DNA of 64,000 nucleotides. Source: Leptogorgia sarmentosa (taxonomy: Eukaryota). Under the pieces are notes generated by a model. It worked only from the letters and a program-made list of their open reading frames with translations, made no database searches and was not told the origin of the DNA. Position numbers and translations under genes: made by a program. This document shows positions 25,321 through 39,181 of the stretch, piece by piece. How positions within the stretch are numbered: position 1 is the first letter of the stretch; each line of letters opens with the position of its first letter. The DNA lies in the NCBI GenBank assembly GCA_964658305.1, contig OZ210885.1, forward strand, positions 22,072,001-22,136,000, read 5' to 3'.

Positions 25321-25444
25321 TTAGTGGAAACACGGTGTAAATATAAGGCTGAGTTGGCGGCCATTTTGGGGACAATATATTTATTCATAGAGTGTGGTTG
25401 AGTTACAATTGGTTCAATCCGTTTCGGTTAGATTCTACACCTTG

Positions 25445-27290
25445 CAGGATTGACCACTCACCTCCCACTTCTTTACAACCTGGCGAATCACAATTCATGT
25501 CCTCATCCGGTGGTCGTTCACCATGGAAGCCAAGGGGTAGAATAATTCTTTCCAAAAATGTCTGGCATTGTAACTGTCATTTTTTTTCTTTGTCCTTTGA
25601 AAAGTGGGAGGAAGTGTGTGATGGGTTGTTGCGAACTGCTGCCAAGATATCTGCCAAAAATCTAGCACAGTTTAGTTTGAGATATTTTAGTTGACCATGA
25701 GAGAATGAAAAGTTCTTTGGTGGAGTGAAAATGGACCGGAAATGCATTTGCTTTGCTTTCGATTGGAATATGCTTTTTACCTTTCTTGTCAGTAGTAAAG
25801 CAGTATCTGAATGTTTTGTTTGTGCTCTTATGATGCTATGGGTGTTCTCAACTGGGTATTGATCAGACATTACGAGCCAATTTTCAAAAAGATGATAAAA
25901 TTCTGGGAAACATCTCATCCAATGTGTCATATTTGCAATCCAAACCAATGTTGCTTTGTGGTAATGCCTTTGTCGTAAACATGTAAACATGACCCATATT
26001 CTGATAACCGCATTGAAATATTGGGCGAACTGATTGGATTTGAATGTTACAGGATAAATTGACAAAACTAGCGGGATATAATTGTCCAGGAGATTCAAGA
26101 GTGTTGCATATTGCAGGTCTTTGCACATGGCATATGCGTTTCGTGTGATTTCTTATCAGTGTCCATCCACCATATACAACTTCTAATAATAGGCTGATGC
26201 ACCAGGGTTTAGGATTCTGTGGTAACTTGCTAGATGCAAAAAGGTACTGGTAGACATTTTTGAAAAATGGGTGAAAGGATAGCAATACATGTTCCCTGCT
26301 ATGAAGAGGCCCTATCAGAGGAACAATAGAGGCCATAGGTGGAATAGGAATAGTGGACTTTGATGACTTAGGTGGAAATGTGGTGTCCAACTGATTGAAG
26401 GCTGCCCTGTTTTATTGCAAGTACCTAGTGACCTGTTCATACACCAATTGTCTGCTGTAAAACTGGCATAGCCAATCACCTGGTTGGATCAAGATGTATT
26501 TCTGCATATATAACTTTACATTTGTGTTGATTGCAATATCGAATGCCTGTCTGAAGTTTTCCTTTGACTTGAGTTGGAGTTCAACAAAATCAACCAAATG
26601 TAAATTATCCATTCTTCTCATGGTACAAACAGATCGATTTTCACAGTATTCATGTACCGAGATGTGCAGTTGTTCTGATTCTGGCTGAAAAAATTGTGTC
26701 ATCATCCAATCTGGCATGGTAGATACATATGTATTTGCCATAAGAGACAATTGATAATTTGAACAGATGACTTGTTTACAAGAATCTATATCCACCCCTT
26801 GTTCTTCATGAAGCCTGATTATATTGGTACTAGAGGGTCGTTCTATGGCTTTGAGATTTTTGAATGCCTTTACAACAATTGTACACTTGCTGGCGGCAGT
26901 GGAGGTATGGATTCCTTTTGCTCTTCGATGTGTATGGACATTGGTATAATCATCAATAATGAGAACCAACAACCACTGGTTTTTTATAGCATCTAGGAGA
27001 AAGCTGTTGTAAGTTTTGTGTGGCAAGAGAATCGAGGGTGGAGTCCATCGTTCTTCGACAACATGTATTTCCCAATGCGGTTTTCTGTGTCTATTCCTCG
27101 TTTAGCTGAATTCGGTTTTGTGAATGTCGGGAATTGGTAACTGTTGAAAGGATTGTATCAAAGAGTGCTGGGGCTCCAGATGACAAACAGAAGTTTCTCA
27201 ACTCTTGTGGATCATAAATTGGTGGTTGTTTACCAACAATGAATGCCTGGTACATTGCATCTTTGATAACGAGAAGCTCAGTTTTAATGT
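25445..27290 (-). pseudogene. Academ-like DDE transposase, frameshifted, with first half of a C-terminal RING finger
   Basis: LIIDDYTNVH, QPGDW, IVPLIGPLH, RHYHKATLVW, YPVENTHSIIR. Motif order parallels ADNID / TVDQ / LGGLH / LNYAK / LEW in the bona fide Academ. Family call is tentative. Confidence 0.5.
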
Positions 27291-30200
27291 CACATCCTAA
27301 ACAGTAAATTTTAAGTGGTTATGAATGTTAATTTTTTTATTTACCGCTCTCTCTTTCAAACATTTCTGCCCACCCCCACCTACATGCCCATTTTATTGTA
27401 CATACGTATATGACTTTTTTATTTATTTATTTATCTTTGTCACAAGACAGGGTGACCACAATGCTCAGCATAATGGCAATTCACATAACTGTGAAGACTC
27501 TACAACCTTAGAGGTGTAAGGGACAAGGAACTTGATCACCTCACCATATATTTACATATATTATATCGTACAATAATATATATTATAATATGTTTCAATA
27601 AATTATTTAGGAATACTTCACCCTTAGGCAATAGGCCCCCTTTCAGGTTGTTGTTATATACTGCAAATAATACCCTACTCAAAAAAGACACACTAATGGT
27701 TCCAATTGGATATGATGGAGCTTTTTAGCCTTTGCTGGGTTAAGAAACTACATGTAATCTCGGATAAAATGTCTGACAAATTTGTAATATGAATTTTATT
27801 TTGTTCTCACTTGTAAGAAGTCTATTCATGTCTTGTTCAATTTCACGAAATACATTCTCGGGTAAAAGAACTGGTTGTGGTCCACGAAGAATTTTGCCAA
27901 ACCCAGACTTTTCTTCACGCCATTCTTCTTTGTTAACACAGCATTCAACTCGTGTTATAATGTTGGGCCTGGGGAGGAAGTAACAATATTTGCATCTGAT
28001 GCTGGGCAAATTATCCAATCCTTGTTACTAAGAGTCTATGATTGCCTAACATGTTAGTCATGCATGTGACTAACATGCATACCTTCTACACAACTATTTG
28101 TGCAACTTGAACTGCGTTTTTGCGATTCGTCATTTGAAGCATCTGTTTTCAAAACATGAGGAAAACCATTAGTCAACGGTTTAAATTAAATAACGTCAGG
28201 GTATAACTATCTTGCAAATGATGTCACACATGCAGTATGTGTATTTGTCGTATCTAGCGGCCAATTTAGGCAAACATTGCTTAGAAGCAATATTGAAGCA
28301 CAAATTGGAAGGTTTGGTTTGTATGCGCTCTTGGAAATACATATGGATGTCACCGTTTGTCACCACCTTTTTATCACTGGAAATAGCTGGCACCTTCATC
28401 AGACAAGGACGTTGCTAGGTGTCATAGGCCGGTAGTACACCATATAGTGAGGTTCCGTGAACATTTTCTCCACAATAGTTTTAAATGTATATCAGCTGAC
28501 TTGAAAAAAGAGCACAGAATAGTAAAAACAATTTTATATAATTAAAAAAGACAAACAAACAGACACCCTTTTTTGGTGCAAATCGATTCCAGGACCCCAA
28601 CGCGGTAACCAGGCACAATGCATGCTCTGTTCATACAGAATGATAGAAAAACTATAATAGGAATCGAGTCACCTTTTTCAAAACTTTCAGTCTCTGCATC
28701 CGTATTTCCTCCAAAGTCAGTAAAGTCTGTGTAAGCCTCACAAATTCTATACCGAGAGGAGCAAAATTTTATTCGTAGGCTTATGTAGGAGTATAGTAGT
28801 TTGTGTTGCAATTAGCGGTTGGTAACACTCCAAACGCACGGTGAAATAATATATATCGCGAAAACGAACCCAACTTTGCCAATGGTGTAGTGGCAACGAA
28901 ATACACAATCACAGGCTCGAGATGATAGTTTCAAATATATATTTTAATACAAAATGTGTGATAAAATGTATTGAACCGTAAACGTGATAACTGTTAAAAC
29001 ATGGTTCGACTAAATAGAATAGAGATAAACCTAAATTAATACTAATACAATAGTTATAAACATAGCATGATTGTAGACTAGAGTACAAGCAAATCGTCAC
29101 TTACAGATGTTTCCCCGGTCCCTCGTTGTTGCCGTTTCTTTTACCGCAAATCTGCTGTCCTCTCTGTGTGCGAACTTCTGCTATACTGACTGGCGTTGCT
29201 TCGCGTGCCACATTAAATGTACATGCACTTATCAAACTACTAATAAACTCATTTTCTAATTAAACTATGATCAGGCACAGATTCATGGTCACTGAATAAC
29301 AAAACAAATTTAACAAATAATATATAGTAAATGGTTTCCGATCCAACAGTCTGTTCCCGTCAGATCTACGTCATCCGCATCCACCTCTAATATTTGAAAT
29401 GCATACAATACATATCATTACACACTTTATCAGTTCATGACGTCACTATTTTGCATAAGCATCAACCATATACCAGCAGGTTATACCTTGCTCTCTTGTG
29501 TTGGTGGGACTTGATGATATGCCCTCTGATCCCTCTCCTGCAGCTTCTGTCAAAATGTCAGCAGCATTGGTCATAAATCAAATCAACCTCTTTTATTGAA
29601 GTAGCTATTAAATTTAAAAAGATACAAGAGGAATTGTAATTTATTATTGAATCTCAAAGCCTCTTTTCTAGTCAAAGGCCAACTTGCAAGCTCGCTGTGA
29701 GCACTTTCAAAATAGTGATTGGATGAAGTTCTTGCTAGATTTGAGTTTATCAGATAGCTTTTGCGATTAGTCCTGATCTAGTTGATTTTCGTCAAGAATT
29801 ATGGACTAAAATATTACATTTTATATTACATATTATAGACTTTTAAAATATCATATTAGTAAAATAACTCCAATATGCTTACAATTGTCCTCTTTGTCCT
29901 CACTCGAAGCAACAATTTCTTCGTTTGAAGTCAACAAGAGATGGTCGTCTTGCTGTTGTGCTTGACTATTAAGAAATTACATTAAATGGTTAACATTATA
30001 AAACTACCTGATTATAAAACACAATTTCCATGCACAGTTGTTATTGGGAAAATTTACTCGGAAAATGGATTTTTAAGGATGATTGTGAAACTGAATTTGT
30101 CTATGGGACTACAGGACTATGTTAAATGCGATTTTATACACCCGTAAACCATGCAGAGTAAAACATTAACTTAATCAATACTATTGGCAAATTGAAATTT

Positions 30201-31404
30201 CAGCCCTCTATATTTTTGGATACATTGCATAATCATTATGCCATTATAACCATATTAAAACCAACCATTTAAAATTCTTTTTTGTAACTGTTCCCTGAAA
30301 GAATGTATGGGAATCATAACACATGCAATCATTATGAATAACTTGAATTTCAAAACCAGCCTCGTCAGCGGTTCGCTCAAATGGCTGGTCGAGACGATAC
30401 GTAATATAAACGAAGGGTTTGTTTACATTTTGTTTACACACTGTCTCTTTACATTTAATTTAAGGGTAAACTAGAATTTAAATAACCGCTTTTGGAGTTT
30501 CTTGCCGCAATATTGTTCAATCTTGTTTTTGTGTTATTTGCAAATATTCCCTCTTCGAAGTGAATGCTGCAAATAGTCTAGGTGAAAAATTCAAAAAATC
30601 GATTATTTAAAGTGCATGAGGCATTTCTTAGTAAAAGTTGGCGACAAGTGTCTTCTTATGTAGTTTTTGACGCTAAATCCGAATTTCATGGTCGCCAACT
30701 CTGATTTTGCGTTTGAATCAAGATAATAAAATCATATTAATAACGTCATGAGATTGACACTAGAAATGACGTCACTTACTTGTTCGTGTCTATTTCGAAA
30801 TTGCAAACGCTATTTTCTCCTTTCTGAGTTGTTAAAAAAGTTAATAGACCAGAAATAAGCATAAAGTTTAAGAATAACACGAAATAGCCGATTAAATGAA
30901 TTAAATAAACAAATAATTTGAGTAAAAGCAGACTTGAATTTTAGGGCGAGAAATGAAAGCTGATGAAACCGAATTATTCTTTCGTCTTTAAGAGTTTTGA
31001 ACTTCTGACGATCGTGGTATAAATATATTTGAAAACAGAACTGGTAATAGTTTTTGAAAAAATTAAAAATATTAAAAAAATTACAATCCAGACAAACAAG
31101 CATCTGAAGTATAGTGGAGAATGGGCTCGTCTAGACGTAGACTAGATGTTGGCGCCGTCTTGGCCACGCCTGTCTGATTTGTAAAATGTTTTGAAAGGCT
31201 TCGCATTTTCTTCTTGATTTAATATATTTCACCGTTAGAGGACAACATAAATTTGCAAAGTCTGTTTTATTAATTGCATAGGAAAAATTTGTTCAGTTTT
31301 GTTGTTATTGTTTGTTGTGAATCTTGTGGTCTTCAACTTTTGAGCCGCAAAGATGGATCCCGTTTTAACGTTAAAACGAAACAAACCACTCTTAAGATGA
31401 ATAT

Positions 31405-34400
31405 TTGAGAGCCGCTTCTGATCATAGCAGAACGGCAGTTCGCGATGCCATGAATTTGAGGAGCAAGTTTAGAGATGTTGGGAACAGGGAAACAATCAGT
31501 AGGCTGGAAGAGGTCATAAATAGTACTGATACTTCAATCGTTTGGCATATTAAATGCTATTCCCTATTTACAAGCAAAGACAAAATTCAGCGCCTGGAGA
31601 AAAAGTGCAACAAAGATGAGACGTCTGCAAGAGCAACGTCAAGTCCGCGTAAAACTCGTTCGCAAACAGAACAAGTTGATTGGGATAAATGTGCTTTCTG
31701 TCAGATTCATACGAATGAGCGTTTATCGTCAGTTATGACATTTAAGATGAGTGAACAAATTATTGAGATTTCTAAATTTGACAAAATACTGTGCACTCGA
31801 TTTGCGGGTATCTCAGATTTGATAGCCGCTGAAGCCAAGTACCATTTATCTTGCTTCAGTGCATCGAAAAGATCAAGGGATAAGACAAAGAGAGAAATGA
31901 AAGACAATGATTTAGCATTGGTCTGGTTGTCCAAAGAATTGGAGTATGCCGCTGACAAGGGCCATGTCATTAGACTTGATGACGCATGGGAAAGATACAC
32001 TATATTAGCCGAAAAAGCGGGCAACACGCTTCCCTCTTCTTTTATCAGTCGAAGGGCGAATTTTGAGGAAAAACTTATGCATATAGTTGAAGACATCATA
32101 GAGTGCGTGCAGTCATTTGAAAGGGGGCCTTCTGAGCGTCACACCTTGCTAATTCCGAAAAAGTTCGCTAAAATGGCCCTGTCCCAGTTAGTAGCCCAGG
32201 GTACGGCTGACGAAGAAGACGATGAACTAACTTTGCCTGTTTATCACCAACAAGACGATTTCCTCTCTCTTGTTCGTGTGGCGTTGATGATTCGAGCTGA
32301 TGTGCGGGAGACCCCAGGTTACAAGGGACTCGACATAGGCATGCACGATGTCAGTGATTGTGTTCCCGAAAGTCTGCAAATGTTTCTAAGTCTTTTGTTT
32401 GGAGGTGAACGACTTTTAGATGAGGAAACGATTGAAGAAAAAGAAAATGAAGTCCGCAGTAAAGCGCTTGCCGTTGCTCAAGATATTGTGTACGGGGTAA
32501 GCAACGGTAAGAAATGGACACCTAAGCACATTGGCTTAGGGAGCACCCTTCACCAAGTCACAAGATCGAAAGATCTAGTTAAACTTTTTCACAAGGCCGG
32601 ACATATTCTGAGTTATGACCAAATTCTTCAAATTGACACGGGTTTAGCCGAGAGTGTTTTAAACACTTTGGATGAAAAAAGCGGAACCGTGATCCCGCCA
32701 AATTTGGTGCAAGGTAATTTCGTACACTTCTCTGCTGATAACATTGATATTTTGGATGAAACGCTGGACGGTAAGAACACGTTTCATGCCACACAAATAG
32801 CTGCATGGCAACGTGGGGCAGAAAATTTGTCGTTACTTGACGGTGTAAATCCATCCAAAAAGCAAAGTTTGAAAATTCCAGATTCAATGAACAAGATTGA
32901 AACGATTGTGGTAAGAAAAAGCAATCCTGTGTTCATTAAACCAGTAAAGACGACGTGGTATGACCAAGCTGAAGATAAGAAAGAATGTAAACAAGCTGCG
33001 GCAGCTGCCAAAGCTACTGATTTGGCATTCAATATGCTACGAAGCGAAGGTGCGATCAGAAGCGGATGGACGGAGTTTAACCAGTCTCTATCACGGGGAG
33101 AATTTGGCGACAAGTTCGGGCATGAAGTTACAAAGGTAGGGTACATGCCAATCATACAAGCACCCGCGCACGAAATGGATACTATGAACACGGTCGTTAA
33201 GAAATGCATGCATGTGGCCACCGTGCTTGGACAACAGTACACTGTTATCACCGTAGATCAGGCACTGTACTGCAAATTAGTCGAGTTGAAATGGGCAATT
33301 CCAGAATATCGAGAGAAACTTGTTGTGCAACTCGGCGGTCTCCATATATCTATGTGTTTTCTTAAGACCATTGGAGATCATATGAAGGGATCAGGCCTTG
33401 TTGACTCTTGGATAGAAAGTGGTCTCCTAGGACCAAATGCGGCTGAGACTGTGATGAACGGGAAGGCGTTGTAGCGGCCGGTACTTCCGGCCTAGGTTAA
33501 TATTTTAACTTTTGAGTTCGCGCCCGGAGAGCACGTGGAGGGCCGATCCGGGGGGACCGTTTTTGTTGGGATAGGTCGAACTGCAAACAGAACTCAGCTA
33601 GCAGTCGCGACATAGTTATTTGTAAGTACAGTCCGTTGTGTCTAGATTATCAGTATTCGTAGTGTGGTTTACCCTTGTAACGTCATATATTTTGTATTTG
33701 TGTTTAGCACATGTTTCTTGTAAATAAAAGGTACTATAAGAATTTTGCAAGCGCGTTGACACTCGAGGCCCCACAACCAGAGCAAGTTAGCAGTGGGGCT
33801 GGCACAGGCGTATAAGAGAGCAATGCGTGTGCATAAGATTACACTGCGAGCCCTATGGCGCCTGTTGGTCCCGCTGTTACTCTGCAGATTTCGCGTCTTT
33901 TGTCGTCAGAGCAGCATGTTAATGATTTGATTACATGTTTGAAGTCGCCACAATTTCAAACGGTGTATGACGAGTTCTTAACGCAGAAGTGTCATGAAAA
34001 TGTCAATTTTCAATTCTGGTGGAACTATATGGAGATGATATTTATCCTACTCGATTTTACCCGTGCGCAGCGGGAGGGAGATTGGGAGTTGTATCTAGAC
34101 AGCTTCCATGCCATGCTTCCATACTTTTTCAGGTACGACCGCCTGAATTATGCCAAGTGGGGGTCGGTATTTATCGTCGAGATGGAACAATTGCCGTATG
34201 AAGTGTTACATGAGTTTAAGAAGGGTAACTTCGTTGTAAAGTGGAAAGAGGGCGCTTTCAATGAAGTAAGTGCTGACCACAGCCTCGAGTGGTTGAACGG
34301 CATTGGTAAACGAGGAGGTGGAATTGTTGGTATAACTAAGACATCTTCAACTTTGAGCAGGTGCGTTAACGGTTTTAATAAATTCGCTTTATATTCAATT

Positions 34401-36536
34401 CCTTATTTCAAGTGTCGAAATAATGATAAATTAAATCGGGCGCAAACATGTAGCCTTAATCGACCAGTTACTTATTTGGATAACTGATTATTTGTGTAGT
34501 ACAAAACCGGTTTAAGGTCTATACTGACGTGTGCACCATTTAATAAAGTGTCAAAATACGGGGCAATTTGTTAAAAATATACAATAATATATCTACCAAA
34601 TGGTGTAAAATTTATTATCTTTTGCTTCCAAGGTGGGCTCTGTCTTACAATTTGCGGTCGCAGATTGCTGAGAAAACTCATGAGATGTTCGGCCTAGTTC
34701 AAGAGGATACGTATTCTCACAACGAATCTGCCCCTCAAGGATTGTTCGCGACAATAAGGATGAAGAATCACTCATTTCCGTCCTCGAGCAGCATGATGTG
34801 TTTTCACCAACATCCCATCCAGAATGTCTTTTCAGCATCGCTACAAAAGATTTGGCCACCGTCGAGATTCAGGAATCACTGTTGGGCGCGAAAGATATGG
34901 GACAGAAACAAGTTAAAGACTTTGTCCAGCAAAGGTTGACTGAACCACTTCAACAGCAACCTAATAACGAGCAAGGGGATACCAAGGTTCAATTTACGGA
35001 TACAATGCACAAGAACAATGCTCTTACTTTTGATTCCTTGTATCAAGTCGCCAAAGGGGGCAAAGAGAAAGAAAAGAACACGATTTTACGGGCTGACAGG
35101 AGTGTTTTACAGCGTCTTATCGTTGCTTACAGAGCTGGCGAGAAGTAGATTTATATAGTGTTTTGTCGCATGAGCTAATGTCCGTACCCATATCATTAGC
35201 GGATACTAATGGTAAACTAAGAACTGGCCAGAAAGCAGCGCTGGCTGATGTTCTTACCAGGGGAATTGAATGTCCGAGTGCTATTGATTTGAAGGGAAGT
35301 GCATGTTTACTAATTGACGGCATGGCGTTAGTAGCAGCAGTAGGATAACCTGCCGACACTCAAACCTTTGGAGACTATGCAGATAGATTCCAAAATGCTG
35401 TATTGGTAGCAGGTTTGCGGTATCAGCAAATTCACGTACTATTTGACAGGTATGAGAAGAGTTCAATTAAAGCAGGCACGAGAGAACGTCGTACCAGGAC
35501 TATTCGCCCCGTTCGTCGTGTAATTGAGAATAAGAATGTTCCACTTCCGAACAGCTGGTCAAATTTCTTAGCTTTACCGGAAAACAAGGCAAACTTGGCC
35601 AAATTTCTGTCCGAACATTTAATTGCAAATGCACCTCAGGAGAAAGTCATTGTTGTTGCTGGTGGATTTTCCGACGGAAAAGAAGCGCAATCGTCAAACC
35701 AATTAGTTGATTCTTCTCTTTTGTGCGCAGATCACGAAGAAGCTGATACAAGACTGGTTCTACATGCTATCGTCAACAGTTGTGACACGGTTGTTGTGTC
35801 TGCTAGAGATACTGACGTACTGTTACTTCTTGTGGCGCATTTGCCAAGCATGTCTTCTCCAAATGTGTGAATGATGGCAGGAACAGCGGCCAGGCACAAG
35901 TTCTTTAACATCAGGGCGATAAGCGAGAATCTTCCCGCGGGGTCACTATCAGCGCTCCTCCCTTTCCATGCACTAACTGGTTGTGACACAACGTCACATA
36001 TCTCCAACCACTCCAAATTGTCAGCGTGGAAGACATTTCAAGACAAACATTACCTTGTAGCGTCGCTAGGTGAAGGAGAACTATCGGCCAACAAAGTCAG
36101 GGATGCCGAAAAGTTCATCTGTGCGATTTACAACTGCAGGCACATGGAATCCGTGAATGATACGAGAGTTCTTCTCTTTTCGAAAACAAAGAAACCCGAA
36201 GCGTTGCCTCCGACCAAGGACGCACTGGAATTGCATATCAAGCGCGTGCACTCTCAGTCACTCGTGTGGAAAGAAGCTTCATGCCAGGACCCTATACTAC
36301 CAAACCCGGACGGAATGGGATGGAAGAGAGAATGCGAAGGCGGCACTAAACTCGTCCCTCTCCTTATGACAAAGGAACCCATTCTGAACGCATGCAAGGA
36401 AATTATATCCTGCTCTTGCAAAAGTGGCTGCACGACATTACGCTGTGGCCGCAAGAAAGCAAAGTTGTTCTGTACTGGCGTCTGCGGCTGCTCTGTGGAC
36501 GAAAAACTTTCCTGCAAGAACAAGTGCGATAAGTGA
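31405..36536 (+). pseudogene. Academ protein: transposase + XPG/PIN-like nuclease + Cys-rich C-terminus; disrupted
   Basis: FSADNID, ITVDQALY, LGGLHISM, HEEADTRLVLHA, RDTDVLLLL, FHALTGCDTTS, CSCKSGCTTLRC..CTGVCGC. Intron 34361-34632 (TLSR|WALSYN). Solo LTR, stops and frameshifts. Confidence 0.88.
33470..33806 (+). mobile_element. Solo LTR (337 bp), 5-bp TSD
   Basis: TGT...ACA ends, GGCGT on both sides, internal AATAAA. Removal restores GKAYKRAMRVHKITL. Confidence 0.92.
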
Positions 36537-38409
36537 ACAGAACAATGAGGTATGATCAGAATTTAGAATGCGCGCTAAGTATATTAGGGAGTTTTCCATG
36601 CACTGTGTCATATAATTAACTACTTTGATATTTATGCGCAATGCATTTTGCAAAGTTATACAGACATGCATTTAGTGAATTTTTTGAGCATTTTTTTGCC
36701 AACATAAAGGTAAATGATATTTGTGATTGAAAATGGCTTAAACTTGCTGTAATTGGATGAGTAACAAATCTAAAATATTTTATTTGTCTTGAATCTATAT
36801 GTGCTGTTACATCATATGTAGACGAAAGTTGTGACGTCATTTAAGACCACTTAACTGCATATTGAGATCTGGCGACCATCATTTTCGCATTCACAGTATT
36901 TATTAATAACATTAGAAACCTAGGGTCGCCAACTTTTACTAAGAAATGCCGCTTGATGTACGATTTTCCGAAATTTCGTCTAGTACTGGAATACCTCAAA
37001 ATCAAATATTGAAAATATGGTAGCACGCATGTCCGATCTTGGATCCGCCATTTTGGATGACGTCATACCCCAGTAGTGTTGCTTTTGGTGATTGTGGAGC
37101 TGTTTGACGTAATTCAATGCCAGCAATCCACTTCTATACTGTTTACAACTTTTTACAGCTTTCAAACCAGAATTTCTCAAAATCCAATATGGCGCTCAAG
37201 GCGGCCATCTTGGATCCGCCATTTTGGATGACGTCATACCCCCAGCTGCGCCATATCCCATGATATGGTACAAACTCGTAGAATACTTTTCCAGATATCA
37301 ATTTCAAGTTAAATCGTTGCGACATGTTGAACTTTCGCGAAATATATACGGTAGGGGTTTTACTGACAGCTGTCAATCATGATGACGTCATTTTCACCCC
37401 TTAAAACGCAAAATCAGAGTTGGCGACTGGTAAATTCGGATTCAGCGTCAAAAATTACATAAAATGGCACCGGTCGCCAACTTTTACTAAGATTTGCCGT
37501 ATGAAGTGCGATTTTTCAGAAATTCGTCTAGTCTAAAAGGCAGATGTTTTTAGAAAGTTTTTCTGTGTTGTAGTGGTGAAAGATCTTTCCTCTGCAGGGA
37601 GCAAGGATCAAGACCCTGGGAATGAGGTTGAGCATCAAAACTACTGCACGCAGTTGTAGTATTTTGAACCTACTTATTATACTCCCTCTATTAGAACTAT
37701 CTTACACAATGGTCAACACGAACTTATATACCTTAACTAATTTACATATTATTCTATATCCGCTCCGGTACATACACTACAGCAGTAGCCACTATATTCT
37801 ATTTCTGTAGTCCTGCCACTATATTGTATTTCTGTAGGTTCAATTATCTTCAATACTTTGCCTGGTCAGGCAATTTCCGGAGTCTTGAAGCTTACCTGCT
37901 TACATCTTAGACTTAGATGATGTTCTTCGTTAACACAGCGTTCAACTTGCATTGGTTGTATTTTGCGAACTCAACAAAAAATTAACAATGATATAATTGT
38001 CGTGTAAATTAAATTTCGCGGGCATGCAAGCACATAAAGGCTAATCCCAAGGTAGATGAAGAATATGAAAGACTTCGAAATTTAAATTCATCCTCTGGCT
38101 CACCAATACAACAGTTCTATGATAAGTCAGTATTAATTGTTTCCCTTTTAAATGTCAGATCTCTAAGAAAGCATTGTAAAGGTATTAAGCATCATTCTCA
38201 GTTGTTCAATTCAGATATAGCTTTTACCACCACACTTTTCCACCACAGACATTATCGAAAATTTAAACCCATTTAAAGTTTACTGTCAGGATCATTGTAC
38301 AAACAAATATAAAAGTAAAAGATTATGAATACATTCCTTCACTTAATGCAATCAAGTTTAGTCTGATCGACACTAGTGCACAAGAATCCCGATGCTTTCT
38401 TTTGTTATA

Positions 38410-39181
38410 CAGGGTGTATCAAAAAAAAGTTTACTGATGAAAATCATTCTCTAAACTAACGAGCGCTCAGAATTTCCAAAAACTTTCGGTTAGCCTGGGT
38501 AGTTTAACACCCTCTGGTATATCAAGCACTAAGTTTATTTTAAAAACAAACTTTTTTAGAATGGGAAATGTGGTTACTGAAAGGCCCATTAAAAACGGCT
38601 TGCGCAGAAAAAATAAGTTTTCTTCACACAATTTGATTTAATCGCATGAAAATATGGAGTATGATATACAAGCTATTCAAGTTTTGAGAAATTTGGTACA
38701 CGCTGAGACGAACGGGCGATGTCCAAAAACTGGATTTTGCGTTCTTTCCTGCGTGATTACCGATTAATTTATGCATAATTGGATATTTGCATTAATTACC
38801 AATGCAAATTGCAAGCTAATTCCCAAAGGTCCGTAATTACGCGAAGAAATTGCGGAAAATCCAGTTTTCGGGCATCGCACGTTTGTCTCAGCGTGCACCA
38901 AATTTCTCAAAACTTGAATAGCTTGCATATCATACTCCATATTTTCACGCGATTAAATCAAATTGTGTGAAGAAAACTTATTTTTTCCGCGCAAGCCGTT
39001 TTGAATGGGCCTTTCAGTACCACATTTCCCATCCTAAAAAAGTTTGTTTTTAAAATAAACTTAGTGCTAGATATACCAGAGGGTGCTAAACTACCCATGC
39101 TGACCGAAATTTTTTGGAAATTAAGCACTCGTTAGTTTAGAGAATGTTTTTCATCAGTAAACGTTTTTTTGATACACCCTG
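38410..39181. mobile_element. Tc1/mariner-type foldback MITE (772 bp), TA TSD
   Basis: TA|CAGGGTGTATCAAAAAAA...TTTTTTTGATACACCCTG|TA. Arms stay complementary almost to the centre near 38790. Confidence 0.93.

Larger units (their letters stand above)
20167..25439 (+). mobile_element. Gypsy/Ty3 LTR retrotransposon, full length, frameshifted
   Basis: 5-bp TSD CCTTG (20162-66, 25440-44). 5' LTR 20167-20304; primer-binding site TGGCGACGAGG; polypurine tract AGAAAAAGAAAGGGA; 3' LTR 24466-25439, interrupted by an insert. Confidence 0.95.
30574..37535 (+). mobile_element. Academ (AcademX-type) DNA transposon, complete ends
   Basis: TAG...CTA termini; long imperfect TIRs (TTAGTAAAAGTTGGCGAC and GTCGCCAACTCTGATTTTGCGTTT mirrored at 37404-37535); 3-bp TSD AAA. 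Confidence 0.88.

Noticed and set aside
27300..30570. Short ORFs between the Academ-like ORF and the Academ element
   Set aside because: No recognisable motifs or resolvable ends; may be upstream exons but unsupported.
35868..35870. In-frame TGA in Academ (also 16143 and 22544) as selenocysteine or readthrough
   Set aside because: These fall at likely Trp/Arg positions in ORFs that also have other stops and frameshifts; ordinary decay.
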